Shown here one piece after another: positions 13,418 through 28,000 of a stretch of 64,000 nucleotides of DNA (the first letter of the stretch is position 1; each line of letters begins with the position of its first letter). The notes beneath the pieces are model-generated. The model was not told the origin of the DNA. It saw only the letters and a list, made by a program, of their open reading frames with translations, and searched no databases. The stretch comes from Dendrobates tinctorius (lineage: Eukaryota): assembly GCF_039654945.1 (NCBI RefSeq), contig NW_027361687.1, positions 27,714,001-27,778,000 on the forward strand, given 5' to 3'. A program made the position numbers and the translations under genes.

Positions 13418-15016
13418 GTATTCGGCCCCCTAGAACTTTTCAACCTTTTATGCTTCAAACATAAACATACCAAATGTAAATTTTTGCTGAAGAATCAACA
13501 GCAAGTGGGACACAATTGTGAAGTTGGACGAAATTTATTGGTTATTTTAAATTTTTGTGGAAATTCAAAAACTGAATAGTGGGGCGTGCAATATTATTCA
13601 GCCCCTTTAACTTAATACTTTGTTGTGTTCCCTTTTGCTGCGATTACAGCTGCAAGTGGCTTGGGATATGTCTCTATCAATTTTGTACATGGAGAGACTG
13701 AAATTCTTGCCCATTCTCACTTGGCAAACAGCTCGAGCTCAGTGAGGTTTGATGGAGATCGTTTGTGAACAGCAGTTTTCAGCTCTTTCCCCAGATTCTC
13801 GATTGGATTCAGGTCTGGACGTTGATTTGGCCATTCTAACACCTGGATACGTTTATTTGTGAACCATTCCATTGTAGATTTTGCTTTAGGTTTGGAATCA
13901 TTGTCTTGTTGGAAGACAAATCTCCGTCCCAGTCTTAGGTCTTTTGCAGACTCCCAACAGGTTTTCTTCCAAGAATGCTCCTGTATTTGGCTCCATCCAT
14001 CTTCCCATCAATTTTTAACCATCTTCCCTGTCCCTGCTGAAGAAAAGCAGCCCCAAATGATGCTGCCACCACCATGTTTGACAGTGGGGATGGTGTGTTC
14101 AGGGTGATGAGCTGTGTTGCCTTTACGCCAAACATATCGTTTGGCATTGTTGCCAGAAAGTTCGATTTTGGTTTCATCTGACCAGAGCACCTTCTTCCAC
14201 ATGTTTGGTGTGTCTCCCAAGTGGCTTGTTGCAAACTTTAAATGACACTTTTTATGGATATCTTTGAGAATTGGATTTCTTCTTGCCACTCTTCCATGAA
14301 GGCCAGATTTGTGCAGTGTACGACTGATTGTTGTCCTATGGACAGGCTCTCCCACCTCAGCTGTAGATCTCTGCAGTTCATCCAGAGTGATCATGGGCCT
14401 CTTGGCTGCATCTCTGATCAGTCTTCTCCTTGCTTGAGATGAAAGTTTAAAGGGACGGCCAGGTCTTGGTAGATTTGCAGTGGTATGATACTCCTTCCAT
14501 TTCAATATGATCGCTTGTACAGTGCCAGTGCTCCTTGGGATGTTTAAAGTTTTGGAAATCATTTTGTATCCAAATCCGGATTTAAACTTCTCCACAACAG
14601 TATCACGGATCTACCTGTTTTGTTTCTTGGTCTTCATGATGCTCTCTGTGCTTCAAACAGAGCCCTGAGACTAACACAGAGCAGGTGCATTTATACGGAG
14701 ACTTGATTACACACAGGTGGATTATATTTATGATCATTAGTCATTTAGGACAACATTGGATCATTCAGAGATCCACAATGAACTTCTGGAGTGTGCTAGG
14801 GTTTGCTGCACTGAAAGTAAAGGGGTCGAATAATATTGCATGCCCCACTTCTCATTTTTGAATTTCCACAAAAATGTAAAATAACCAATAAATTTCGTTC
14901 TACTTCACACTTGTATTTTCCACTTGTTGATTCTTCAGCAAAAATTTACGTTTGGTATCTTTATGGTTGAAGCGAGATATGTGGGAAAAGGTTGAAAAGT
15001 TCAAGGGGGCTGAATA
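13418..15016 (-). mobile_element. Degenerate Tc1 transposon
   Basis: Long inverted repeats (TATTCGGCCCCCT.GAACTTTTCAACC); ORF 14008-14595 with paired-like [18 protein letters not shown] and TVKHGGGSI motifs; frameshifted; outermost TIR bases lost. Confidence 0.9.
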
Positions 15017-16220
15017 ATGATAGAAATGTAGAAATGATAGGCAATTAGCAAGACAACCCCTATAAATTGCTCAGGTAGTGCAGGTGCAGCTCATCCAGGA
15101 TGGCGCATCAATGCGAGCTGTTGCAGGAAGGGTAGCTGTGTCTGGTAGCACAGTGTCCAGAGCATGGAGAAGATGCCAGCAGACAGGCCTGTACACCAGG
15201 AGATATGGAGGGGGCCATAGGAGGGCAACAACCCAGCAGCAGGACCGCTACCGCCTCCTTTTTGCAAGGAGGAACAGTAGGAGGAGTGCCAGAGCCCTGC
15301 ACAATTACCTCAAGCAGGCCACTAACATCCATGTATTTGATCAAACTGTTAGCAACAGACTCCATGAGGGTGGTATGACGGCCCAACATCCGCAAGTGGG
15401 TGTTGTTCATTTGCTAGAGAATACCAAGATTGGCAGATTCAACATTTGCACCCTGTGTCCTTCATGGATGAGAGCAGGGTCACACTGAACACTTGACAAA
15501 GTCTGGAGGTGTTGTGGAGAACATTCTGCTGCATTCAACATCCTTCAGCATGACCGATTTGGCAGTGGGTCAGTAATGATGTGGGGAGGCATTTCTTTGG
15601 AGAGCCGCACAGCCCTCCATGTGCTAGACAGAGGTACCTTGACTGCCATGAGGTACTGGGATGAGAGATCCTCACACCCATTGTGAGGCCATGTACAGGT
15701 GCAAAGGGCCCTGGGTTTCTTCTGATGCATGACAATGCTAGGCCTTATGTGGCTGAAGTGTGTCAGCAGTTCCTGCATGATGAAGGCATTGATGCTATGG
15801 ACTGGCCTGGTCATTCCTCAGACCTGAATACAGTCAAGCACATCTGGGACATCATGTCTCGTTCCATCCACTAACGCCACGTTGCACCACAGACTCTCCA
15901 GGAGTTAACTGATGCTTTAATCCAGGTCTGGGAGGAGATCCCTCAGGAGAACATCTACCGCCTCATCAGGAACATGACCATGCATTGTAGGGAGGTCATA
16001 CAGTCATGTGGAGGCCACACACACTACTGAGCATCATTTCCTTGTCTTGATGCATTTCAACTGAAGTTGGATCTGCCTGTAATTTGATTTTTCACTTTGA
16101 TTTTGAGTATCATTCCAAATCCAGACCTCGATGTTAATGTTGAGTTAAATTGATGGTTTTTATGTTTTATTGGTTCCAACTCATTCTACTATGAAATGAA
16201 TAAAGAATTGCAACTGAAAT
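15017..16220 (+). mobile_element. Degenerate Tc1 transposon, second family, 5'-truncated
   Basis: Fragments [14 protein letters not shown]...[44 protein letters not shown]. Boundaries approximate. Confidence 0.8.
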
Positions 16221-16325
16221 ATATATTTCCATACATACATACGTATATATCTCACTCAGAAGCCAGCAATGGACAGTGCAACATGCAGACTATAGAATGC
16301 AAACCGTACCAAATTGTTAATGAAA

Positions 16326-16480
16326 AAAGGGAAGAAAGTTCCAGCGCAAGGAATGGAAAATTAAAAATCCATTTTATTGTGCCAATGCATATTAAAATTC
16401 CAGCAGGTACAGCATATCAGTCGGATGACTGCAGAACAACGCGTTTCGACGCCTCAGGTCTTAATCATGTTCTTTTACTT
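16326..16480 (-). mobile_element. Short Penelope-like pLTR insertion
   Basis: 16-bp TSD CAAATTGTTAATGAAA (16310-16325, 16481-16496); contains a hammerhead motif followed by AATAAA on the minus strand. Confidence 0.75.
16433..16473 (-). ncRNA. Minimal type I hammerhead ribozyme, A3-U8 core variant
   Basis: Minus strand AGAAC-AUGAUUA-A-GAC(cugaggc)GUC-GAAAC-GC-GUU-GUUCU; helix I 5 bp, helix II 3 bp, palindromic AACGCGUU helix III. Confidence 0.7.
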
Positions 16481-17886
16481 CAAATTGTTAATGAAACCCT
16501 ACTGCACAAATGGTTTTTGTTTCAAATACATGCATTTAAGTTAAAAATAAAGACGTACTGCACTCAAAACCTAAAACTGTGTAATGCTTGGTGCAGGGCT
16601 AGAGAAGGTCTGTGCAATACAATGACAATAGTAATTTCTAAGTCCTAACACACACTGCCATATATTCTTAAAGGGACTTGGGGCTCGATAGTTACCGCTG
16701 TATGCCTTTCTATACAAATCTGACAAACAGATGATGCTCTGCTCCGGCATTGCTTCTCCAAGAGAATATCTCTACTATATGGCACCTGATAGAGCATCAT
16801 TGGCAGCAGAACAAAACGCTGCTGACTGGTGACCAGTTTACCCTGTGAAGGTGGTGTGAGTGATGCTGGCACGTTTCGGTAGGCACCAACAGGCTTTGTG
16901 GTTTACTTCCACCATCTGACCGTCATTGGAATATGTCAGCTTAGCTGTGCCATCTGCCAGATGATGTTTAATGTTTCAGTACGATTATGAATTGGCAGCA
17001 GAATATTCAGTCCACTTTTTAGTTATTTCCACCCATTTACCACTTTTCTTGTGAATTCCTTCAAGCTTTTATCTGGATAATGTATATACCTTAATTTTTT
17101 GGACCGTAAGATACAGTTTTAGCAAGAAAAAAAATCTTGGTTTACAAAGTGAGTGCTCCTTACAGTCCGGAGACAGCTGCCTTTGATGAAGGAGCACCCT
17201 TCCCCATCACTGTGAGAACTGATCTCCCTCCTCTTAGCTGCACATCCTGAAACCCCATCCATCCGACTAGCTCCATCAATCATATTTCCTGGAAGGAACT
17301 GCAAATTGGGGTAGTGTGAGTGTGTATAAATGTGCACATCTAGCAGAGCTGTGTATGTATAAATGGATATGTAGCAGAGCTGTGTATGAAATGTGATGTG
17401 CATATGTAGCAGAGCTGAGTGTATTTGATATGAAAATGTGCTTGTGTAGAAGAGCTGTGTATATGCAGATGTGCTTATGCAGCAGACCAGAATGTCTGTG
17501 CAAATGTGCTTATGTAGCAGAACCGAGTGTGCATGTACTGTCCATGCAGCAGTGTTGTTTTTGCAGAGTATACATTTCATGTCAGTGCTGTGAAGTTATA
17601 TGTAAGTAATACACATACTGCAAGGAAACGCCAACAATAGACTTCCCTATTCTACCCCCCGTGCATTAAAACTAGTGATATTGACCCCTTCACTTTACAC
17701 TGCCAGGGAAGTTTTAATTTGTAGGAAAAATGTTTTTCTGTTTTTTTTTTTTCTCCAGTTTAAACCTGTGGTGTGTCTTGTGGTAAAGTCCATCTTACAG
17801 TCCGAAAAATACAGTAATTTAAATTGTGTTATGCCCATTTTATTCTTGTTATGCCTTGGCTGTAGCATTGCATTTTGGTAGGGTGA

Positions 17887-18030
<144 letters not shown>

Positions 18031-18252
18031 TAATTTCTATGTCTGCCTATGGAATAGTTATGACCATACATTGGCTTATTATTGCATCATACTAAGCGTA
18101 GGATTAAGCTTACAGTCCAACCAAATTTATTGTACTTGAATTTAGGCACCCCTATTATACATGAAGTAGCCATGTGTTGGCTTGGCACCTTCATCAGGAG
18201 TCAGTTGCCTGATGAAGATGCCTTTGACCTTGATACAAATTAGTCTTCTCGT

Positions 18253-19302
18253 CTACATGCATGCAGCGCCGGGACAGTCGTCTCCTGTACATGCATGCAG
18301 CGCCGGAACAGTCGGCGCCTGTAATGCATGCAGCGCCGGAACAGTTGTCTCCTGTACATGCATGCAGCGCCAGAACAGTTGTCTCCTGTACATGCATGCA
18401 GCGCCGGAACAGTCGTCGCCTGTACATGCATGCAGCGACGGAGCAGTCGTCTCCTGTACATGCATGCAGCGCCGGAACAGTCGTCGCTTGTACATGCATG
18501 CAGCACCGGAACATTGTCGCCTGTACATGCATGCAGCACCGGAACATTGTCGCCTGTACATGCATGCAGCGCCGGAACATTGTCGCCTGTACATGCATGC
18601 AGCGCCGGAACAGTCGTCTCCTGTACATGCATGCAGCACCGGGACTGTCGTCTCCTGTACATGCATGCAGAGTCGGAACAGTCGTCTCCTGTACATGCAT
18701 GCAGCGCCGTAATAGTCGTCGCCTGTACATGCATGCAGCGCCTGGAACAGTCGTCGCCTGTACATGCATGCAGAGTCTGAACAGTTGTCTCCTTACACGC
18801 ATGCAGCGTCACAACTGTCGTTGCCTTTACATGCATGCAGCGCCTGGAACAGTCTGTCGCCTGTACATGCATGCAGCGCCTGGAACAGTCTGTCGCCTGT
18901 ACATGCATGCAGCGCCTGGAACAGTCTGTCGCCTGTACATGCATGCAGCGCCTGGAACAGTCTGTCGCCTGTACATGCATGCAGCGCCTGGAACAGTCTG
19001 TCGCCTGTACATGCATGCAGCGCCTGGAACAGTCTGTCGCCTGTACATGCATGCAGCGCCTGGAACAGTCTGTCGCCTGTACATGCATGCAGCGTCTGGA
19101 ACAGTCTGTCGCCTGTACATGCATGCAGCGCCTGGAACAGTCTGTCGCCTGTACATGCATGCAGCACCGGAACAGTTGTCGCCTGTACATGCATGCAGAG
19201 TCGAAACAGTCCACTCCTTTACATGCATGCAGCACTGGAGCAGTCATCGCTTTTACAAGCATGCAGCACCGGAACAGTCGTCGCCTGTACATGCATGCAG
19301 CA
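18253..19302. repeat. Minisatellite, ~33-36 bp unit (TACATGCATGCAGCGCC(T)GGAACAGTC(T)GTCGCCTG), ~30 copies
   Basis: Direct tandem periodicity; homogeneous 36-mer block ~18830-19160. Confidence 0.95.
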
Positions 19303-19689
19303 CAAATCTTAGTGCAATGATCAAATGCAATATCAGATCAGCACCATATATAGTTGTATTGCTTAAACCTACAATTCCATTATGTCCTTAACAATGGTAA
19401 GGAGATACTTGGAGATGTTGTTTCCAGCCATCATCAGACTTTGGAGCATAAAGGAACCCTAGTACTGATGAGACGTAGACAGTATCACAAACATTTATAT
19501 TCAGGTATCTTTATATGTGACCTCTTCTGTTTGTTTTCATGATGAGTTTTCATACCTGAAGCTCATCTCTGCAGACTTCCCTCTTCTCCATCTTCAACAA
19601 CACATCTCGTCCCCATAAATAATCTCCAATGCTGTGCTCATGAATAAATAATTGCCATTCACTGTGTTTACTGCATAAAATATTCCACC

Positions 19690-20766
19690 CTTCTCCTAAT
19701 GTCCCTTCTACACTGCCCTCTCCATAATGTCCCTTCTACACTGCCCTCTCCATAATATCCCTTCCACACTGCCCTCTCCTAATGTCCCTTCCACACTGCT
19801 CTCCATAATATCCCTTCCACACTGCCCTCCATAATATCCCTTCCACACTGCCCTCCATAATATCCCTTCCACACTGCCCTCCATAATATCCCTTCCACAC
19901 TGCCCTCCATAATATCCCTTCCACACTGCCCTCCATAATATCCCTTCCACACTGCCCTCCATAATATCCCTTCCACACTGCCCTCCATAATATCCCTTCC
20001 ACACTGCCCTCTCCTAATGTCCCTTCCACACTGCCATCCATAATATCCCTTCCACACTGCCCTCTCCATATTATCCCTTCCACACTGCCCTCTCCATAAT
20101 ATCCCTTCCACACTGCCCTCTCCATATTATCCCTTCCACACTGCCCTCTCCATATTATCCCTTCCACACTGCCCTCTCCATAATATCCCTTCCACACTGC
20201 CCTCTCCATAATATCCCTTCCACACTGCCCTCTCCTAATGTCCCTTCCACACTGCCCTCTCCTAATGTCCCTTCCACACTGCCCTCTCCTAATGTCCCTT
20301 CCACACTGCCCTCTCCTAATGTCCCTTCCACACTGCCCTCTCCATAATGTCCCTTCCACACTGCCCTCTCCATAATGTCCCTTCCACACTGCCCTCTCCA
20401 TAATATCCCTTCCACACTGCCCTCCATAATATCCCTTCCACACTGCCCTCTATAATATCCCTTCCACACTGCCCTCTCCATAATATCCCTTCCACACTGC
20501 CCTCTCCTAATGTCCCTTCCACACTGCCCTCTCCTAATGTCCCTTCCACACTGCCATCCATAATATCCCTTCCACACTGCCCTCTCCATATTATCCCTTC
20601 CACACTGCCCTCTCCATAATATCCCTTCCACACTGCCCTCTCCATATTATCCCTTCCACACTGCCCTCTCCATATTATCCCTTCCACACTGCCCTCTCCT
20701 AATGTCCCTTCCACACTGCCCTCTCCTAATGTCCCTTCCACACTGCCCTCTCCATAATATCCCTTC
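19690..20766. repeat. Minisatellite, 26-28 bp unit (CCCTTCCACACTGCCCT(CT)CCATAATAT), ~39 copies
   Basis: Direct tandem periodicity; strong C-rich strand skew. Confidence 0.95.
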
Positions 20767-20989
20767 CGTGCCTCACTACTCCAATATGTCTCCTCACACA
20801 CTTTCCTTCTTCCATAATGGATTCCACAAACTGCCCCTTTGCCATAATGTCCCACCACCTTCCCCTCTCCAGAATATCTCGCCCACATTGCCTTTCTGTA
20901 TAAAGTACCGCTACCCCACTGCCCCTTGCTATACTATGGACTCTTTAACAACCTCCCTTTAATTGTCCCATAATTTGCTCTTACAATAA

Positions 20990-21706
20990 GGGCCCCGTCA
21001 CACATAGCGACTCACCAGCGATCCCGACAACGATATCAACGTGTCAGGATCGCTGGTGTAACAAATATGAACCTAGCACTCAAAGGTATTTGTAAGGCGG
21101 TTTATTGTAGTACTACTAAGTGTACTACAATAAACCGCCTTACATATACCTTTAAGTTGAGTGCTAGGTTCATATTTGTTGCTTTAACGGTTTGGGAACC
21201 TAACCTTAGCACCATCTTGAGTTGTGCTCACGGTGTTCTTTCTATAGGATCGCTGGTGTGTTGCTACATGATCGCTGGTGAGCTGCCAAACAGGCAGATC
21301 TCAGCAGCGATCAGGACAGTGACACGCGGGTAACAAGCGACGCACGTCGCTTAGTTACCCGCAGTGTACGTTAAGATACCAGCGCGCTAGTGCAGGGAGC
21401 TGGTAACCAAGGTAAACATAGGGTTTCTAAGCGCCGCGTGGCGCTTAGAAACCCGCTGTTTACCTTGGATACCAGCTCGCTGGTCTCCCGCCTGCCACAC
21501 GCAGCGATGCGTGCTGGCAAGCAGGAGACCAACGATCAAAAAAATGTCCAGGCCATTCGAGCACGATCAGCGATACCCGGCCGGGGGGCCGATCGCTGAT
21601 AAGTGTGTCACACACAGCGATCTCGCTGGTGAGATCGCTGTTGCGTCACAAAACTTGTGACTCAGCAGCGATCTCACTAGCGAGATCGCTGTGTGTGATG
21701 GGGGCT
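20990..21706. mobile_element. Harbinger-type MITE (AGCGAT/ATCGCT subterminal motifs)
   Basis: TIR GGGCCCCGTCACACA / TGTGTGATGGGGGCT; TAA TSD (20987-20989, 21707-21709). Confidence 0.8.
21060..21245 (+). mobile_element. Hairpin-plus-tail retro-insertion (probably a Penelope-like 3' end) nested in the MITE
   Basis: 14-bp TSD AGGATCGCTGGTGT (21046-21059, 21246-21259); inverted repeat 21060-21111 vs 21120-21180 containing AATAAA, then a 65-nt unpaired tail with no poly(A). Confidence 0.65.
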
Positions 21707-22649
21707 TAACACTATTCCTTCACCTCCCCTGGCCCCCTCATCTAAACTAGCACATTTAATCTTCGGCTTCATCATGGAGCGCTTACCAATGCCGGCTGCA
21801 TCCTTGCCACCTTTACACGCCGGCAACAGTAGCAGTGTGGGACGGGGGATGGCGAGCAGCGCTCTGCCCCGGTCCCAGTGCTCAGGGGTCCAAATGTATT
21901 GGTGTCTGAACAATGAAAATTAATTTGAATGTAGAAAGAAGGGAGCCGGCATTTCTGCACTAAACTTTTTGGGCCGTATGTTGTGCCGCCCCGCCTTGGT
22001 TATTTGCATCAATCATAAGTTGTTAAAATTGCAAACTGCTTCTAAAAACCAGCACCTTTACAGGTTACTTATAATTAAAAATCCTGTCTGTTCCCAAGAA
22101 TGGAGAGATTTTTAAGTGAATTACTTGCTGCTCATTATCTAGATAACCGGCCTCCTCTGCCGTCTATCAGCGGTGACCAGTCTCCTAGGCAAGGAGCGCA
22201 GCATTTACAAGCTCTTTTCTATAGTGTTTTGTAAGCGCTGTTCTGAAGCCCTTGATCCTGTCCAACCTCTGACCCCCTGCGTGCCTTTGATGCTGCAGAT
22301 AAAAAGCTACCTCTGCATGCAGCATCAGAGAACGCACTGTTTGGGCCAGCGGAAGGAGCGCGCCGCTCCCCAACAAGCTGGAGGCAGGGGCCTGTTGAAG
22401 TTGTGAAAACCCCTTTATTCTACCTTTCATCAGGGGAGTGATTGCCCGATGGTCATTTCTGATCCTTATCCCATGATTTTTGGGTTTGCTGAAAAGGTTA
22501 TTGTTCTTGGCAACACATTATTGTTTTCAGCAGTACATTCTTCTCAGCAGCACATTTATTGTCCTCGCCAGCACATCATCCTGTCATTTTACACAGTGAA
22601 AGCATTCTTGACCAGCGAGGCAATACATTTTCTCCTTTTGCTCTTTTAG

Positions 22650-22790
<141 letters not shown>

Positions 22791-23579
22791 TAAATAAATA
22801 TATATAATATTTTTATCCGCACAGTTAATTTCTGCTCAGATTGTTACGTTGGTTGCTTCATCAGTTCCGACATAGTGTACCCACTAGCCAGGTAGCCCGC
22901 TCCTCATCTGCAGAACGTACACATTAGACCAATGATGCCCGAATCGGCTCATATCTAGGGGTACAGCCGACAACCTATCGTCATACGTAGGGGTCAGAAG
23001 GATGAGGCATATCAGATTTCGGATGGTTGTCCTTTTTTTTTTCTCTCTAAAATATAAAACTCTGAAAGAGATGTGTGACAGTGGCTCTCTTAAAGATAAG
23101 AAAGTGCTGCTTGTCCAGCTCCTGTGTATGGAAAATGTGGGACAAGCATCTAAACTGTCAATCAACCCACACACTCAGTCCACTCTGTTCCACTTTCCTA
23201 TACAGTTTGTTTTTTTCACCTTTATCCAGTGAATAGAAGCCTATGGGTCTGCTCGTTGTAAGTTTTTGGAGCTTGGGATTGGGACACGCTCATAGTGTTG
23301 GAGAGAGTAAGTACACTGTTAAAGAGGTTTTGCCAGCTGACAGGCAGAAATCTGCTGCCATAACATGTACCATTCATGCCACTGACCAGGAGGTGTGTGC
23401 CCGTGATTGCAAGACTTCACGGAGATCCCACTTTATAACTTCCAGGATCTGCTGCTTAGATACTTGGTGCCAGATACCATAGGACACATGGGAGCCTCCA
23501 TGGGAAGCGTGGGACCTATACATCAGCCTGAACGTATACATATTGTGATTTCTTTATTTCATTCTTTTCTGTACATCAG

Positions 23580-23742
23580 GTCATGCAGCATCCATCTGAA
23601 GGAAGTCAAGTGTTGAGCCTATTTAGCAACATGAAGGAAGCATCTGCCAAGGTAGCGGAGATCTGGATCTTCTCCCTCTCCAGTCAGCCAATTGATCATG
23701 AAGATAGTGCCATGAACAGCAGCCAGAAGATAAAGTCCACAG
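23580..23742 (+). CDS. PACS2: PACS2 coding exon (exon 5 equivalent)
   Basis: catcag|GTC ATG...ACA G|gtgtgt; [54 protein letters not shown]; 163 nt. Confidence 0.95.
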
Positions 23743-24184
23743 GTGTGTCCATGAGCAGGGTGACCGCCTCTGTGTGTAGGATCAGACTCGGACATGTCAC
23801 TCAGTCCCCAATTGGGTTTCCCAATGTCGGAAACCCATTACCCTGCTGCAGTTTGTTTTAAAAACTGAGCTTTACTCCCCTTCCCCGGCTTAAATCAGTC
23901 AGTCTCCACCACTGCTCCTGGTGTCTGCTGCTCTGATATTACATCGAAAGCCCTGCAGTCAATCTAGTCCACCAGACTACGATCAGACAACTTTGCATTG
24001 CAGACAAAACGCACCCCAGGAGCAACAGCGGAGACTCAATGCTGGACCCACGTAGGGTGAGTAAGGCGCGTTTTAGTTTGTTTGAAAAAAAACAATACTG
24101 CAGTCAGGAAACAGAGGTTTCCTGAAACCTGGAAAATCCTCCTTTAATAATAAAAAATATATATATTCCGTAATAAAAAAATGA

Positions 24185-24445
<261 letters not shown>

Positions 24446-25047
24446 TAAGGGAAGAAAGGGCAAAGTGTTCAGGAAGCCAGATCCTTTCTCTTTCGTCTAC
24501 CATTCTGATGCATTGAATGACTAGCCACCAGAGGGCGCTCATAATGAGATCAGGGAGGTATACACACCCACCAGGATGAATAATGGTGAGCGATAGAGCC
24601 AAGTAGGGTACAACAGTACACCTGCGTGTGTCACACTGAAATCACGGGCGGGTACTTCAGTCAAACCCTGCAATGTGGGCAGTGAGTGGTATATCCAGAA
24701 ATGGGATCTTTACAATGAATGAAAATATGCCATTGAGCAAATACAGTGGCTTGCGAAAGTGTTCACCCCCTTGTTTTTTTTTTTTTTTTTTTTTTAACTG
24801 TGTATTTTATTAACATTTTTAAACAGATACAGAAAAAGTACATGAATGTATAGATATGTCTCACAAGCTTGTTAGCAATAACTGTAAACCAGAAATCAGT
24901 ATACATATCTTAATATCCACTAATACAATGAAAACAGGGAATATGACAAGACGAACAATACAATACTAGACAGGGAAATATAAGGAGGGGGGGGGAGGAG
25001 CGGGGAAGGTGAATATTTCAGGCTTCCATCAAGGCCAAACTTCACTG

Positions 25048-28000
25048 TTATTCTTTATTGGCCCAATAAGTGTCCCATAGTGACCAAACACTTTCAAAAA
25101 GATCTACCGTGTCATTTGACAAGGCAGATAGATACTCCATCCTTCTCACATCTTGGATCCGAGAATGGAGATCGGCAAGTGAGGGTGGGTGGGCTAACCT
25201 CCAGTTACAGGCAATTAGACACCTGGCGGCTGTGGTCATATGCAACAGTAACCGCTTCACTCTCTTCCCCAGCTGAACAAGTGGTATATTTAATATGTAG
25301 AATTTAGGATCCAGGGGAACCCGAAGGTTAGTTACTTTATAAATAAGAGATTGCACCAGCCTCCAGAAACCCTGGATATTGGGGCATACCCAGAATATGT
25401 GCGGTATGTCTCCTCCTGTAGCTCCACACCTCCAACAATTGTCAGGTATAGTTGGGTTTAGTTTATGTAGTAGTGATGGGGTGTGATACCAATACATAAT
25501 TAATTTATACTGATTTTCCTTATAAACATAGCATGAAGATGTCTTTGAGGCAGTATCCCAGATCCGTTTCCACGTACACAAGGGAATGGTCTCACCAAGG
25601 AAATCTTCCCATTTCCTCATATAGGTGTGATTTGGCTTGTCTTCTGGGCATGGGGCAACTAAAATACGATATATATCTGAGATGAGGCCTTTAGTAGAAA
25701 CCCCAGCTCTGCATAATCTTTCAAATAGTGTAGGGATGGAGACTTCTAAGGAGGCAAAAAGGGAATGCATCAGGTGCCTTACTTGTAAATACCGATACTG
25801 GAAATTGCCAGGGAGATTGAATTTAGCAGATATGTTGGCGTAGGGGAGAAGGACTCTGGAACTTGCGTCTACTATGTCAGCAAAGCAAAAGAGTTTCCTG
25901 TCAAACCATGTTTTAGTCGCTATACCCTGCATACCGTCTGGCATTCTGGGATTAAAAAGAAAAGAAGTCAAGGGAGAACGTTCGGATTTAAGTGGAAACT
26001 TTTTGACACAACAGTCCCATATCCTCTTAGTGAAGGCTATAGGGCCCAGGGTATGTGGATCAAGCTTGTTAGATGAGGTGCCCCAGAGGTAGGAGTTGGG
26101 GTGTATTGGGGCAAGCCATAACTTCTCTATTTCCATCCATCTAGAGAAGGCACAGCGATTAGACCATGCAGGGATGTGACGTAAGTGTACTGCCCAGTAG
26201 TACCTAGTAATATCTGGGACCCCCAAGCCTCCTCTCAGTTTACTGTCAAATAAAGTGGTTTTCTTGATTCTATGTCTCTTGTGGGCCCAAACAAATTGAA
26301 GTATACTAGACTGAATGTTGCGCAACTCTTTGTATGGCACACACACACCGGAAGGGTCTCAAATAGGTAAAGTAGCTTTGGCAGAACAGACATTTTGACT
26401 GCAGAGATTCTGCCAAACAGAGACAACGGGAGCCTGTTCCAATTGAGCAGGAGCTTTTTTATCTCAGTAAATAAACTAGGATAGTTCTGCTGGTATAATA
26501 GCTTATACTTAGATGTTAATTGTATCCCCAGGTATGTCAAGGATATATTTTTCCATTTATAGTTGTAGTTTTCCTGTAATGAGGAAACCCGCACCTGTGG
26601 AATATTAAGAGGCAGAGCTTCCGTTTTGTTCTGGTTGACCTTATACCCCGACAGCCTTCCAAATTGTAGCAATAAGGAATGCAAATTCGGGAGGGTGATA
26701 TGTGGTTGGGACAAAATCAATAGGACATCATCCGCATATAGAGATAGCTTAAACTCCTTATCTCGTACCATTACTCCACGTATATTAGGGTCATTGCGAA
26801 TAGCAGCAGCCAATGGTTCAATACACAAGACAAAAAGAAGGGGGGACAAAGGGCATCCCTGACGGGTGCCGTTGTGTATTTGAAAGGGTTGAGATGTGGC
26901 ATAAGGAAGCCTGACCGAAGCTGAGGGGCATGAATATAGACTTTTCAGGGCAGTAATAAATGCACCCGAAATTCCAAAATGATGTAACGTTTCGAACATG
27001 AATGGCCACCCCAGTCGGTCAAATGCCTTCTCCGCATCCAAACTAAGAAGTAGTGCTTCACTCTCTGTCTTATTAACAACCTCTACTAAGTCAATGATCT
27101 TCCTGGTATTGTCTCCTCCCTGTCTACATGGTACAAAACCCACCTGGTCTTTGTGTATTAGGTGAGGGAGTAGCGCTGAAAGACGTAGAGCCAGTAGTTT
27201 AGTAAAGATTTTCATATCAGCATTAAGGAGTGCTATGGGCCTATAATTGGCACATTCCATAGCATCCTTCCCCAGTTTGGGTATAAGCGTAATGTAAGAA
27301 TGTAGCATACTTGCGGGTATAGGGGAGCCCGTGAGGAAGCTATTAAATAATTTAACTAAATAGGGGGTGAGTCGAACCGCAAACGCCTTGTAGTAGAAGT
27401 ATGTCAGGCCGTCTGGACCCGGTGATTTTCCATTAGGAAGTAATTTAAGCACCTCTCCTACCTCTTCACCCGTGATTTCTTTATTCAGTGTATTTACAGT
27501 GTTCTTAGTAAGAGTAGGCAGCTTACACTGCTCAAGAAAGGAGTGGATTAGGTCCCTCTGTTTTCCTGGGTCTGTAGGAAGAGTGCTAGGCAAAGAATAC
27601 AATCTTGACAAATAATCCTGAAAGATGTTTGCGACTTTAGTGGGATCATAGAACATATTCCCTCCCGAATCTCTCAAGGCATAAACGGATGAGTTCCCCC
27701 TATCCTCTCTAAGTTGGCGGGCTAAAAGGGAGTGAGGTTTATTTCCTTTGTCATAATATTTATGCTTGCTATAAAGTAGTAATTTTTCTGTTGTATTGAC
27801 CGCTAAGTCCCTCAGTTGGGCACGAGTCTTTACTATACCTCTAAGGGTACGTATTGTTGGGTTAAGGGTCATCCTATTCTCTAAGTCTCTGAGACTTTTG
27901 AGGAGCTGATCTCTCTGATATAATCTATCTTTTTTTATACGAGAGCTTAATGCTATGCATTGCCCTCTAAAGACGGCCTTATGGGCTTCCCAGACAGTAG

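Noticed and set aside
18182-20888. Many long overlapping ORFs (up to 376 aa) and a CRISPR-like periodic look
   Set aside because: Stop-poor minisatellites open in several frames on both strands; no unique spacers and no cas genes; eukaryotic intron.
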